A DNA stretch of 64,000 nucleotides from Hypanus sabinus (Eukaryota). Positions 38,701 to 51,225 of the stretch are shown here, one piece after another. A program made the translations under genes and the position numbers. The stretch covers positions 35,278,001 to 35,342,000 of the forward strand of contig NC_082726.1 in NCBI RefSeq assembly GCF_030144855.1. Direction: 5' to 3'. How positions within the stretch are numbered: the stretch's first letter is position 1; each line of letters starts with the position of its first letter. Below the pieces are notes generated by a model that saw only the letters and a program-made list of their open reading frames with translations, ran no database searches and had not been told where the DNA came from.

Positions 38701-39529
38701 TTTCCCTGTATGTTTCCAGCGTTGATTATGATGGATTTACTTTATTGCGAGTTTGATTGTTAAATCAGAAGCTTTTAGTTCGGATACAATACGTGTTCTG
38801 TGTGAGGCCATGTCCAATCTTGTTGTGTTTGTGTTAAGAGCTGATGCAAAGATTTCGATGTTTGGTGTGAACAGTCAGTTCGTCAACACTGCTGTCAGAC
38901 TTCTGAAATGCCTTGGGTTTGTTAGCAAATACTTTTTGTCTCCAAGTTTTAGATGCTGGAGATTAAAAAAAAGTCCAGATCAAATTTACAGATGAATTTT
39001 GCCAAGAAAGGGATAAAATGTTTGGCTAATCGTTAGCTATAATAAAGTTTTGAGATGAGATATCTATAATGTCATCTGCCATAGTTGTAACCTATGGGAC
39101 GGTTAGTTAATAGCTTTTCGATGTGTAGATGTACTTTCTTTTGAGGGCAAGATTTCCGAGGTTTGATCAAGGAGACTCCTGTGAGAAGAAAAATTGGTGG
39201 AGTTGACTGTAAAGAAGCATAGCTTGTGATGATCGGGGTTAAACCAACTAAAATCACTGAATGTTCACATCATAAGTGAATAGAAAATTTACTGGTAATG
39301 AAAGTACAATTTGTTACTAAAGCATGTTTTGTGGGCTAAGGAGTTTAAAGGCATGGAACTGAATCCATATTTATTTTGTGATATGAGAATCTATATTATA
39401 TAAGGATTACCTTCATCAAAAGCACACCATGCCATTAGAACTTGCTTAGATTTGGAGAACATATTACCTGTTTTGTCAGAGGATGATAGATTGGTGGGGG
39501 GAAAAATTCAAATCAATCCGTGAAACTTG

Positions 39530-41412
39530 TGTATTGGATTTTGGTATATTTGCAACTATATAATGAGGTATCTTGGGGATGAGACCCAAGTCGAAACACT
39601 AAATCCATTTACATTACATATACAGCTTATGTACAGAGTGAACAGTCTGCAGTCGAAGCACAGTCTGATGTGAGGGAGGGTCCTCCACAGACTGTTAGAT
39701 TTGAATGACTGTCCCATCTGCGTCTATTACCAGGTTCCAGCACTGATATTGACTGCCTATCTACCATCAATTTCAAACAGCTGCCTGTTCCACAGTAGCA
39801 ACAATGGGGGGGGGGGGGGGGTAGTTTTGCATATTTTTAATACAATTTAATGCATGAAAAACCTACTTTAAATTTTCAATTTGTCACGATAGATCTTTGC
39901 TTCATGATCAGCATAGCAGCATATATGACGATATGGCCCATTAACTCTGCTCCACCATTTCCTTATCTCTGAATTTCCTTCTTAGCCCCAATCTATTGCC
40001 TTCCCCCTGTCAACCTTCATTCCCTCACTAATCAAGAACCTATCAACTTCTGTGGCAATGAATTCCACAGATTCACCACTCTTTGGCTAAAGAAATTCTT
40101 CCTCATCTCTGTGCCAAATGGACATCCCTCCATTCTGAGTCTGTCCTCTCTAGTCCTCAACTCCCCCACCATAGGGAACATCCTCTCCGCATCCACTCTA
40201 TTGAGGCCTTATAACATTCAATAGGTTTCACTGAGATCTTCTCTTCCCCCCCCCCCCCATCCTTCTGAATTCCAGTGAGTACAGGCCCAGAGCCATCAAT
40301 CAGTCCCCATATGGTAACCGTTTCATTCCCAGATCATTTTTGTGAACCTCCTCTAAAACCTCTCCAATGTCATCCTTTCTTAGATATGAGGCCCAAAACT
40401 GCTCACAGTACTCCCAAATGAGTCCTCACTGGTGCTTTATAAAGCCACAACATTACATTCTTGCTTTTATATTCTCGTCCTCTTGAAATGAATGCTAACA
40501 TTGCATTTACTTTCCTCACCACTGACTCAATCTGCAGATTAATCTTTAGGAAATTCAGCACGAGGACACCCAAGTCCTTCTGCAGCTCGAATTTTTGCAT
40601 TTTCTATCCATTGGAAAAATCGATTACCTTTTTATTTCTTCTACCAAAGTGTACGACCATATGTTTCATGACACTGTATTCCACCTATCCCTTCTTTGCA
40701 CATTCTCCTAATCTGTCAAAGTTCCTCTGCAGTCTCCCTACTTCCTTAATGCTACCTGCCCGTCTTCACAATTTCCTTTGTCTATTCTGCTTGTTATTTC
40801 TTCAAAAGAGTTCCAACAGATTTGTCAGGCAATGTTTCCCTTAAAGAAACCATGCTGTCTTCAGCCTATTTTATCATGTCCCTCCAAGTATCCTGAAACC
40901 TCGTCCTTACAATCGACTCCAACATTGTCTCAACCACAGAGGTCAGACTAACTGGCCTATAATTTCCTTTCTTCTTGCCTCTCTCCCTTGAAGAGTTGTG
41001 TGATATTTGCAATTTTCCAGTCCTCTGAAACCACGCCAAAATCTATTGGTTCTTGAAAGATCATTGCAATCTCTTCAGCCACCTCTTTCAAGAATTTAGG
41101 GTTGTAGATCATTTGCATTGGTGATTTTTCTACCTTCAGTCTGATGCTGCCAAATCCACTTTTTCGATACACGATCAAGATCTTCATTTTGCTTTATGCA
41201 GTATTTTTCTATTTTTCATTAATTTCTTTTCAATACATGTGTGAGGTCTTCTCAGAACTGTCTGCAGTGCACAGTGACCTAGGCACCACCTAGGAACCTT
41301 CCCAGACCCTTGTGGAATTTTTCATTGGTGGCTGTCATGTCAGCACCCAAAAGTGTTTTGGATTTTGGAGGTTTTTGGATTTTTAAATTTCAGATAAGGA
41401 GTACTCAATCTG
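39530..41412. mobile_element. Tigger4/Zombi-like non-autonomous element split by a CR1
   Basis: Right end ...ttttggattttggagg...cagataaggagtactcaatctg|TA. Left part tatataatgaggtatcttggggatgagacccaagtc. Left TIR not found. Confidence 0.6.
39910..41150 (-). mobile_element. CR1 LINE fragment with internal deletion
   Basis: ORFs QKDLGVLV...VVRKVNAMLAFISRGREYKSKNVMLWLYKAPVRTHL and KFLKEVAEEI...EDWKIANITQLFK. Confidence 0.88.
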
Positions 41413-42194
41413 TATTAGATAGTTCTTGAAACTCATTGAGCAAAACCCCAAACCAATCTGTCATTTGAATGAATCTGTTGTTTTGACTCTAAGGTAGAGA
41501 CCAAAACTGCTCTCTACAAAGGGTAAGTGTCAGGTGATTTTTTTTTTCTAACTCTAGTACACCCATCCCCTTGTAAAAGGTCAAATACTATTTGTCTTTT
41601 TAATTGTTTGCGGTTTTTGCGAACTTGCATTCTGCATCTCATGAACTATTAAAAGTAGTAGCGAAATGCATGTTGTTCTGACATTTATCTCTCATATTTC
41701 TAGATGATTGTTCTTAACTGTGTAATAAATTTTTCTTTGAAAATAGTTTGTGTATATTGTATGAAGTCACAGTAATTTTGAACATCCTATCAGTGTTTAC
41801 ACTTGCTATTTTTGATGCAATTTCACTCATGTTTCCGGTAGCAGAGCTGTTAACAATACTTTACAGTTATTGTATTCTTTCTGATGCTGGCAAGTTGTAA
41901 TTAACGATTTCAAAAAAAACACTCAAAATGAAAATGTTACAAATGTACAGTGCGTCTGTTAACAAAAATAATGAAAGCTATACTGTACCTTAAACCATTT
42001 TAGCTTCATAGGTAGCCAGTTTATTTTGAAGATTTTCATTACATGAAACAAGTAGGCTTTTGGAAATTACAGTTTCTCTCACTATCCACTTTATTAAAAA
42101 CTAACATTTAATGCTTTCTTTGAATTATCTCATACCTGATTCGAACCTTCAGAGCCTTCTCTTGATTATTGCAAAAAAATGGGACTCAGAAAAA

Positions 42195-42603
42195 GGTATA
42201 TTCTTCATTCTTGTTATATGGTTCTGAATGTTGAATAATATCTAGTAACATGAGGAAACAAATTGAAGCAGCAGAGATGTGGTTTTTGAGGAGGATGCAA
42301 AAAATATCATGGACGAAAGGAATATCTAACAAGGATGTCATGAATAGAGCAAGCACAAGAGAGAAATAATGTATGAGGTCATGAAAAGACAATGTAACTT
42401 CATTGGATATGTGATTGGGAAAGAGGAGTTAGAATGCACGGTAATTATGGGAAAGATTGAAGGGAAGAAAGCAAGAGGAAGGCAAAGGCAAATGATGGTG
42501 ACAGCAGCCAGAGAACTGGAAATGATCCACTTGACCCAAAACAGGAGTGTGTGGGCCATGGCAGTCAAAGCTCAAACTGGGCATGGCACCTGATGGTGAT
42601 GAT
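42195..42603 (+). mobile_element. 5'-truncated RTE LINE with 12-bp TSD
   Basis: LLYGSEC...IEAAEMWFLRRMQKISW and GKIEGKKARGRQR, (GAT)n-like tail, GACTCAGAAAAA at 42183-42194 and 42604-42615. Confidence 0.9.
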
Positions 42604-43227
42604 GACTCAGAAAAAATCCTAACACTTAAAAATGTAAAAACAGTCTAGCTTTAGATTTCACACATTTAAATGGAGTCAATTATGTGGACTGCATTTAAAC
42701 ATTAATTAGAATTAACTATATCATTACATTTGATTAGTGTTTTGATACTCGTTTTGATTTTTGAAGAAACTAGTTTAATTGAACACTACAAAGAAAAATA
42801 AGAGCAGGCATAGGTCATTCGTCCCTTTCAAGCCTACCCTGTCATTTAACTCAATCATAGCTGATCTATACTGGCTTCATCTCTTCTGTCCCATTTGTCT
42901 ATTCCCCTATGTTCCTTGACTTCAAAACTTTTAAAAAGTTCCAATTTTCTCCCCATCTAATGGGGCAGAGAATTTCAGAGGTTCACCACCCTTTGTGATA
43001 AAAAATTTATAAGTAGCTCAGTTTAAACTCCTCAGTTTGAGACCCTCCATTTGTGAAAACAAGACTTTTGGGATGATGACTAAAATTGTGATGGGTGAAT
43101 TTACAGTAGTTGAGTCTTTCCATTGACTTTTTTAAAGCTTTACATAGTAAACATCTGGTCAAATTTAGTACTATTTTAGGCTATCAGTGTTAATACTTTA
43201 AGTAAAAACACATTTTAAAAAGAAAAA

Positions 43228-44108
43228 AGTTCAATGTACATTTATTAACAGATTATGTATATTATATACAATCTTGAGATTAGTCTCCTTACAGGCAGCC
43301 ACAGAACAAAGAAACCTAATAAAGCCTATTTTAAAAAAAAAGGCTATCAAACACCCAATGTGCAGGGAAAAAACAAATCATGCAAACAATAAAAACAAGC
43401 AAATAACATTCAGAACTGAAATTCACAAAAGTGAGTCCACAGCCATGAAACTAATCATCACTGTAGCCAATTTCATCACTGTAGCCAATTCAGGAGCCCA
43501 TTAGTTGCAGGGCACGTCCTCAGTTCAGTGCAGAGACAAGTAAACCTCACGAAGCAAGTTTACTTGTGGCCCATACCATGCCTACAGACCCATCACCGTG
43601 ACACGTTCAGTTTGGCCCAGCACTTAAATCATCCCAAACCTCGGGTCATTCTTCACTCTCTGACCTGGGGCCAGCTGCTACAATATGCTTTTCAGGACTT
43701 GGCTCTGCCACCTTGATTCAGCACCAGACTTTTCCAATTCATCCTAATGCTTAAATTGATCAAATCTCTGCTCTTTCCTTGCTCTTGAGCCCAGTCTCAG
43801 GCCCTGCTGCCTCAACTCTGTCTGCCTCCACTTGCCTCGCCTGGGTTCTTCCACATCAAATTGCCTCCAAGTCTGCTCCAGCAATGGCCAAACATCGGCT
43901 CATGCCCTGCTACCTCGATTTGGCAGAAACACACCACACCACAACCTTCAGTTCACATCACAAAATGTCATATCATACAGGAAGCTCAAGTGCTCAACTT
44001 CAAAAGGGAAGTTGCAGGTTATTAACTGCAGTGATCGCATCGGAGAAGAAAATTGTTTGTTTTGCTTACTAACAGCAAGTCGTCGCTGTGCTTCACCAGC
44101 CGCATCTT
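43228..44108 (-). mobile_element. Non-autonomous LINE-derived element, family unassigned
   Basis: The minus strand begins aagatgcggctggtgaagc and ends aataaatgtacattgaactt, a Rex1/L2-type tail. Confidence 0.45.
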
Positions 44109-44334
44109 AAACTGTTAGTTAAAAACATTAATTAATTTAGAAAAAAATACTGAAACTTTATGTTAATAATAAAGAAAATTTCAACAAAATTTGGAGTGAA
44201 AATGAAAAATTACTTATGCGTAATTCGATGTTGTAATGAAAATTCAATTAATCTGTGCATAACACCTATTATCATAATAACCTGGTATTATAAGAATGTC
44301 AGGATTTTGTTGTATAATTTTCAGTGAGTGATAC

Positions 44335-44600
44335 ATATTGGCAAGGAGGTTGAGAATTATACCTCTATTCAAGACTGTCTTTGCTTTGTTTTTAAAAAAA
44401 ATGTGTCATGCAATCTTTTGTGCTCATTTGAATGTTTTTGTGCAATCTCAATTTAACATCTCATCCAAGAGACAACAGCTCCAATGTTGCTGAACATGTC
44501 AGTATAGCACTGGAGTAGGAGTCTGATTAATGGTGTGTGTGGAGTGAGATTGAACCCATTGCCTCTGTGTTGGACTGAGAAGTACATCAAACTTCACTGG
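44335..44600 (-). mobile_element. Deu-domain SINE remnant
   Basis: tttaacatctcatccaagagacaacagctcc...cagtatagcactggagt...gattgaaccca. Confidence 0.55.
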
Positions 44601-44815
44601 CATATTTATATTTGTTGAAAAGCCAACTACTGCAGCAGAGGAGATTTATCCAGAGGCAGCACTTGTTGGTGTGGCATGTCAGAAGTTCAGTGGCTTTTTG
44701 TTCCAACTATGATCATTCATCATTAGGATCCTGCCATTTAATTAAAACCAGTTCTGGAGGCTGGTTTCAACTGAATGGAACTGGTATTTCAAACATGAGT
44801 TACATTTCTAAATTA

Positions 44816-45632
44816 CAGTGGCTTCCGGTTAATGTGGTCACCAGTTAGGGCAACTGCTTATTTGGGACAAATCTGAAAGAACAAAAACGAATCAAGACAA
44901 TAGCCAGGATTCCTTTCATTTGTTGGGGTCACTGTGGGACTTAATTGGGACAAAAGACTGCTGCTGAACAACTTCTAACTAGCATCAGTTGCATGCACTT
45001 GTGTGGCTGTTAGACACGACACTATTTCGAGTGAACACTTTTTAAATAGCAACTGTTGTATGTGTCTTATGTTCAAAACAGCAGTGATTTTTGTCACTGA
45101 TAGTTGGTGAAAAGTAAGTACAAAGCCAATTCAGAACTGCTTTGCTTACTGCCATTTCAGGCATTCAGGCCTGGAGATACCAGAAACAGCCGAAAGTGAA
45201 AATGAAACAATTTCACGATTCCAAAACTACGAAGAATTTGAAGGTATTGATAATTGTCTTGAATGTTGTAATGAAAATAAAGTTTTGGAGAATGCAGTTG
45301 TCAAAGGCATTGTGTGAAGGCAATCTATCTGCACTAGGTATCTGTGCTGTTTTTGTTTGTTTACAGTCAAACGAACATGGCAGTGTAGACTGGATGAATT
45401 CCTCCATCAATAACTATTGGGAACTAATACACAGTTTTATAGTACTGTGGTACTAGTATGTTCTAAGTTTTATATTTCATTTAATTACATAATTTGTTAC
45501 TCAGTTACACTTTAGTTGAACTTTTTTTTTATACCTTTTTATCTATTTCCATTAAAGTTTGACTAATGGGGGCAGCTGATATGGGCCAGAATGTACAGGT
45601 TCTGATGTATCCCTATTAACCAGAATCCACTG
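44816..45632. mobile_element. Tc1/mariner-superfamily MITE, TA TSD
   Basis: TA|CAGTGGCTTCCGGTTAAT...ATTAACCAGAATCCACTG|TA. Confidence 0.82.
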
Positions 45633-47879
45633 TAGATGGAAGAGTGAATAATGTTTTAAAGCAAATCAGTTGTATTATGATTCAATGGAAAATAACATTA
45701 GAAAAACTAATTTAACATACAGTTGAAAGAATGGAAGGTCTGGATGAGCGGAATATAAGTCTTTTGAATTAATAGAATTCAACCTAATATTAAAATCATT
45801 TGAAACACTTGCAAATTTAGGCCATTCTCATTAATCTTTCCTGAACGGACAGCCCTCTTATTCCAGATGTAGATATAGTGTATTTCTACTTCTGCCCCAC
45901 AGGAATGTAAATCCTATCTTGGGTAAGGACACTCAATATCATTCAAATTACTCCAGGTGTGATCTCATTAATATCATATTATTACCTTTGCCATCCTCCA
46001 ATTCTATGGGGGTACTCCTGTGGCTAGTGAGGATGCAAAGATCATTGTCAATGTTCCAGCGTTAGCTCCCCTCCATTTCCGTAGTAAGATGGGCTATATC
46101 CTAAGTGGCCCCAGAGACGTATCTATTGGAATGTTTTTCAGAAGCTCCAAGACTGCCTCTACTCCTCACCCCTGCCTTATGGTCTGCAGGAACAGATTCT
46201 ACTTTATACTTGAGCCAACTTACCCTTAACTAATCATTCCTCTATTGCTCATGCGCTATAGTCTAACTTGCAGGCATGCAAAGAATGACAATTAAACTGC
46301 CAGAGTCTGGAACAGTAGTAGAAGCTAAGAGGATGGGTAAAAAGGTCAACAAAAGTAGAAGATAAGTCAATTACAAATGGCTTATGATTTGGAGTCAAAT
46401 AAACACATGATATTATTATTCTGCTGGAATATCCAGTAAAGTTCTAGTATGATGAACTGGACAGACTGAAGGCAGGGGTCTGAAGCCCATATGCAAAATT
46501 ATTTCCTCCTTGGCTAGCTCTGAGGAAGTGCTCAACTAACTTACGTTACTCCCTGTACATTTACAAAATATAAAGAAAGCCTTTACAATCCTGGTATTAT
46601 TACATCAGTGAGTCTTTAACATTACCAGTGAACAAACTTAATGGAAATAATTCTTATTAACAAGATATGCAGAAGTTTGGAGAAGCATTGTCTTATTAGG
46701 GACATTCAGTAAGACATTGTGAGGGTCAAGGCCTGTGTGCCTCCTGTCTGCTTCACATGCCTGATTGAGTTTTTGAGGAGGTGGCAAAGCAGATTGATGT
46801 AGATAGAACAGTGCATGTTGTATATATAGTATGATCATTCAAAAATTCATGAGGCATGGTATCCATGGGAACTTGGCTCTGTTGATTTGGAATTGGCTTG
46901 CCCACAGTAGACAGAAGGTGGAAGTAGATGGAGCCTATTCTGCTTGGAGGTTGGTGACTAGTGGTGTTCTGCAGGGATTTATCTTGGGATCTCTAATCTT
47001 TGAGTTTTTTTTTGCAAATTACTTTGAGGAATTGGAAGGAAGGGTCAATAAGTTTGCAGATGATGTGAGGATTGGCACTGTTGTGATTAATGTGGAAGGT
47101 CATCGTAGGTTACAATGGGATATAGACAGAAATCAGAGATGGATGGTAAAATAGATGGAGCTCTATTGGGAAAAAGTGCATTATGATACACTTTCAAAGA
47201 TCAAACTTGAAGGCAGAGTATGGGGTAATAATAGGATTCTTATCACCGGAGAAACTGGGATCTTGGAGTCTAAATCCATAGAATCTCAAAGCTGCTGTGA
47301 AAGTTAATAAGGTGTTTAAGGAAGCCTGTTGTATGTTGGCCTTCATTAGTCATAGAAACAGGAAAAACTACAGCACTATACAGGCCCTTCAACCTACCAA
47401 AATGAACCACCTCACGCTTACCTGGGTTGAACTCCATCTGCCACTTCTCAGCCCAGTTTTGCATCCTATCAATGTCCCACTGTAACCTCTGACAGCCCTC
47501 TACAGTATCCACAACACCCTCAACCTTTGTGTCATCAACAAATTTACTAACCAATCCCTCCACTTCCTCATCCAGGTCATTTATAAAAGTAATGAAGAGT
47601 AGGGGTCCCAGAACAGATCCCTGAGGCACACCACTGGTCACTGACTTCCATGCAGAATATAACCTGTCTATAACCACTCTTTGCCTTCTGTGTACAAGCC
47701 AGTTCTGGATCCACAAAACAATGTCTCGTTGGATCCTGTGCCTCCTTACTTTCTCAATAAGTCTTGCATAGGATACTTAATCAAATGCCTTGCTGAAATC
47801 CATATACACTACATCTACTGCTCTACCTTCATCAATATGCTTAAGTCTCATCCTCAAAAAATTCAATCAGGCTTGTAAG

Positions 47880-49034
47880 AACATAGAACATAGAATAGTA
47901 CAACATATTACAGGCCCTCAGCCCACAATGTTGTGCTGACCCTCAAACCCTGCCTCCCATATAAGCTCCCACCTTAAATTCCTTTATATACCTATGTAGT
48001 AGTCTCTTAAACTTCATTAGTGTATCTGCCTCCACCACTGACTCAGGCAGTGCATTCCACGCACCAGCCACTCTCTGAGTAAAAAGCCTTCCTCTGATAT
48101 CCCCCTTGAACTTCCCTCCCCTTACCTTAAAGCCATGTCCTCTTGTACTGAGCAGTGGTGCCCTGGGGAAGAGGCGCTGGCTGTCCACTCTATCTATTCC
48201 TCTTAATATCTCGTACACATCTATCATGTCTCCTCTCATCCTCCTTCTCTCCAAGGAGTAAAGCCCTAGCTCCCTTAATCTCTGATCATAATCCATACTC
48301 TGTAAACCAGGCAGTATCCTGGTAAATCTCCTCTGTACCCTTTCCAATGCTTCCACATCCTTCCTATACTGAGGTGACCAGAACTGGACACAGTACTCCA
48401 AGTGTGGTCTAACCAGAGTTTTATAGAGCTGCCGCATCATTACATCGCGTCTCTTAAACTCTATCCCTTGACTTATGAAAACTAACACCCCATAAGCTTT
48501 CTTAACTACCCTATCTACCTGCGAGGCAACTTTCAGGGATTTGTGGACATGTACCCCCAGATCCCTCTGCTCCTCCACACTACCAAGTATCCTGCCATTT
48601 ACTTTGTACTCTGTCTTGGAGTTTGTCCTTCCAAAGTGTGCCACCTCACCCTTCTTCCAGTTGAACTCCATTTGCCACTTCTCAGACCACTTCTGCATCC
48701 TATCAGTGTCTCTCTACAATCTTTGACAATCCTCTACACTATCTACAACACCACCAATCTCTGTTGTCTGCAAACTTGCCAACCCACCCTTCTACCCCCA
48801 CATCCAGGTCGTTAATAAAAATCACGAAAAGTAGAGATCCCAGAACAGATCCTTGTGGGACACACTAGTCACAACCCTGCAATCTGAATATACTTCCTCC
48901 TCCACAACCCTCTGCCTTCTGCAGGCAAGCCAATTCTGAATCCACCTGGTCAAACTTCCCTGGATCCCATATCTTCTGACTTTCTGAGTAAGCCTACTGT
49001 GTGGAACCTTGTCAAATGCCTTACTAAAATCCAT
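47880..49034 (-). mobile_element. 5'-truncated CR1 LINE B, relatively young
   Basis: Starts MDFSKAFDKVPH, contains an uninterrupted 251-aa ORF2 C-terminus (47943-48698), and has a (TTCTATG)n tail at about 47880-47895. Confidence 0.92.
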
Positions 49035-50282
49035 GACCTGCCTTTGACAAAGCCATGCTGACTATTCCTAATCGTATTATGCCTCTCCAAATGTTCATAA
49101 ATCCTGCCTCTCAGGATCTTCTCCATCAACTTACCAACCACTGAAGTAAAATTCACTGGAGTATAATTTCCTAAGCTATCTCTACTCCCTTCCTTGATAA
49201 GGGAACAACATCTGCAACTCTCCCATCCTCCAGAACGTCTCCCGTCCCCATTGATGATGCAAAGATCATTGCCAGAGGCTCAGCAATCTCCTCCCTTGCT
49301 TCCTCGTCTGGTTCCAGAGACTTATCCAACTTGATGCTTTCCAAAAGCTCCAGCACATCCTCTTAATGTCTATATGCTCAAGATTTTCAGTCCATTAAGT
49401 CATCCCCACAATTGCCAAACATCCTTTTCCATAATGAATACTTTGCTTCAGTATTCACTAAGAACCTGAACTATCTCCTCCAGTTCCATACACACTTTTC
49501 CACTGGCACACTTGATTGGTCCTATTCTCTCACGTTTTATCCTCTTGCTCTTCACATACTTGTAGAATGCCTCGGGGTTTTCCTTAATCCTGTCCGCCAA
49601 GGCCTTCTCATGGCCCCTTCTGGCTCTCCTAATTTCATTCTTAAGCTCCTTCCTGCCAGCCTTATAGTCTTCTGGATTTCTATCATTACCTAGTTTTTTG
49701 AACCTTTCATAATTTTTTTTTCTTCTTGACTAGGTTTTCAACAGCCTTTGTACCCTACCATCCTTTCCCTGTCTCATTGGAATGTACCTATGCAGAACTC
49801 CACACAAATATCCGCTGAACATTGACCATATTTCTGCCGTACGTTTCTCTGAGGACACCTGTTCCCAATTTATGTTTCCAAGTTCCTGCCTGATAGCTTC
49901 ATATTTCCCCTTACTCCAATTAAACGCTTTCCTAACTTGTCTGTTCCTATCCCTCTCTAATGCTGTGCTGAAGAAGATAGAATTATGATCACTATCTCCA
50001 AAATGCTTTCCCACTGAGAGTCCTGACACCTGGCCAGGTTCATTTCCCAATACCAGATCAAGTACAGCCTCTTCTCTTGTAGGCTTATCTACATATTGTG
50101 TCAAGAAACCTTACTGAACATATCTAACAAACTCCACCCTCTCTAACCCCCTTGCTCTAGGGAGATGCCAATCAAAAATTGGTAAATTAAATGCTCCTTC
50201 CACGACAACCCTGTTATTTATGCATCTTTCCAGAATCTGTCTCCCTATCTACTCCTTGATGCCCCTGTACTATTGGGTGGTC

Positions 50283-50497
50283 TGTGGCGACCCATTTCCT
50301 GGCACATCCGAACCGGCTCACAATTAGATAGCCTACGGGGGTTTGCGAGCACAGAGCTTTGGAGCCTCTGCGCCACGGGGGGCAGGTTGAGGGAGGCTTA
50401 AAAGTGAGGCTGAGGATTTCAAATAAAGTTTTTTCCTTCAACTGCAGTTACCGACTCCGTGTCGTAATTTTAGCGCTGCGTGTAGCACACCGCTACA
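50283..50497 (+). repeat. 5' LTR
   Basis: TGTGGCG...CGCTACA, 211 of 215 positions identical to the 3' LTR by manual comparison. Confidence 0.97.
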
Positions 50498-50499
50498 AT

Positions 50500-50511
50500 T
50501 GGTGACCCCGA
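50500..50511 (+). promoter_or_regulatory. Primer-binding site, tRNA-Trp type
   Basis: TGGTGACCCCGA starting 3 nt after the LTR end, the start of the known tRNA-Trp PBS (as in avian sarcoma/leukosis viruses). Confidence 0.85.
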
Positions 50512-50537
50512 TGGTCCAAACGATTTTTGGACCAGAA

Positions 50538-51225
50538 ATGACCGACGCCGCCTCTGTTCATGCGGTTTTGTTGAAACTGCTGGGTTTCTGGACACAGTGA
50601 CCGAACCTATGGTTCCAGCAAGCCGAAGCCCAATTCCACGTTCGTCAGATCATCTCAGAAGACACCCACTACTACTACGTGGTGAGCTCCCTCGACCAGG
50701 ACACAGCGGCCCAGGTCGCGGAGTTCGTACAGTCACCCCCGGCAGACGGCAAGTACACGAATTTCAAAGCCCTGCTCCTCAGGACTTTCGGACTCTCACG
50801 GCGCGAGCGGGCTGCCCGTTTACTGCACCTGGATGGCTTGGGCGACAGACCTCCATCGGCTTTAATGAATGAGATGTTGTCTAGCCAACGGACACACACC
50901 CTGCCTCATGTTTGAGCAGGCATTCCTGGAGCAGCTGCCCGAGGACATACGCCTGCTGCTGTCCGACGCGGATTTCAGTGACCCCCGGAAGGTGGCAGCC
51001 CGGGCGAACTTGCTGTGGAACGCCAAAAAGGTGAGCGGGGCGTCCATCGCACGGATCTCCCAGCCACGCTCCCAGCAGCAAACCAGTCCAGGCCCGGCCG
51101 CAGAGCCCGCCAACCCCCGGCCCAAGGAACACTGGTGCTTCTACCACCAGCGGTGGGGCACAGAAGCCTGTCGTTGTCACCTGCCCTGCAAGTTCCCGGG
51201 AAACGCCAGGGCCAGCCGCCGCTGA
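50538..51225 (+). pseudogene. gag (premature TGA at 50598-50600, frameshift near 50880)
   Basis: MTDAASVHAVLLKLLGFWTQ*PNLWFQQAEAQF...FEQAFLEQLPEDIR...WCFYHQRWGTEACRCHLPC. Confidence 0.9.
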
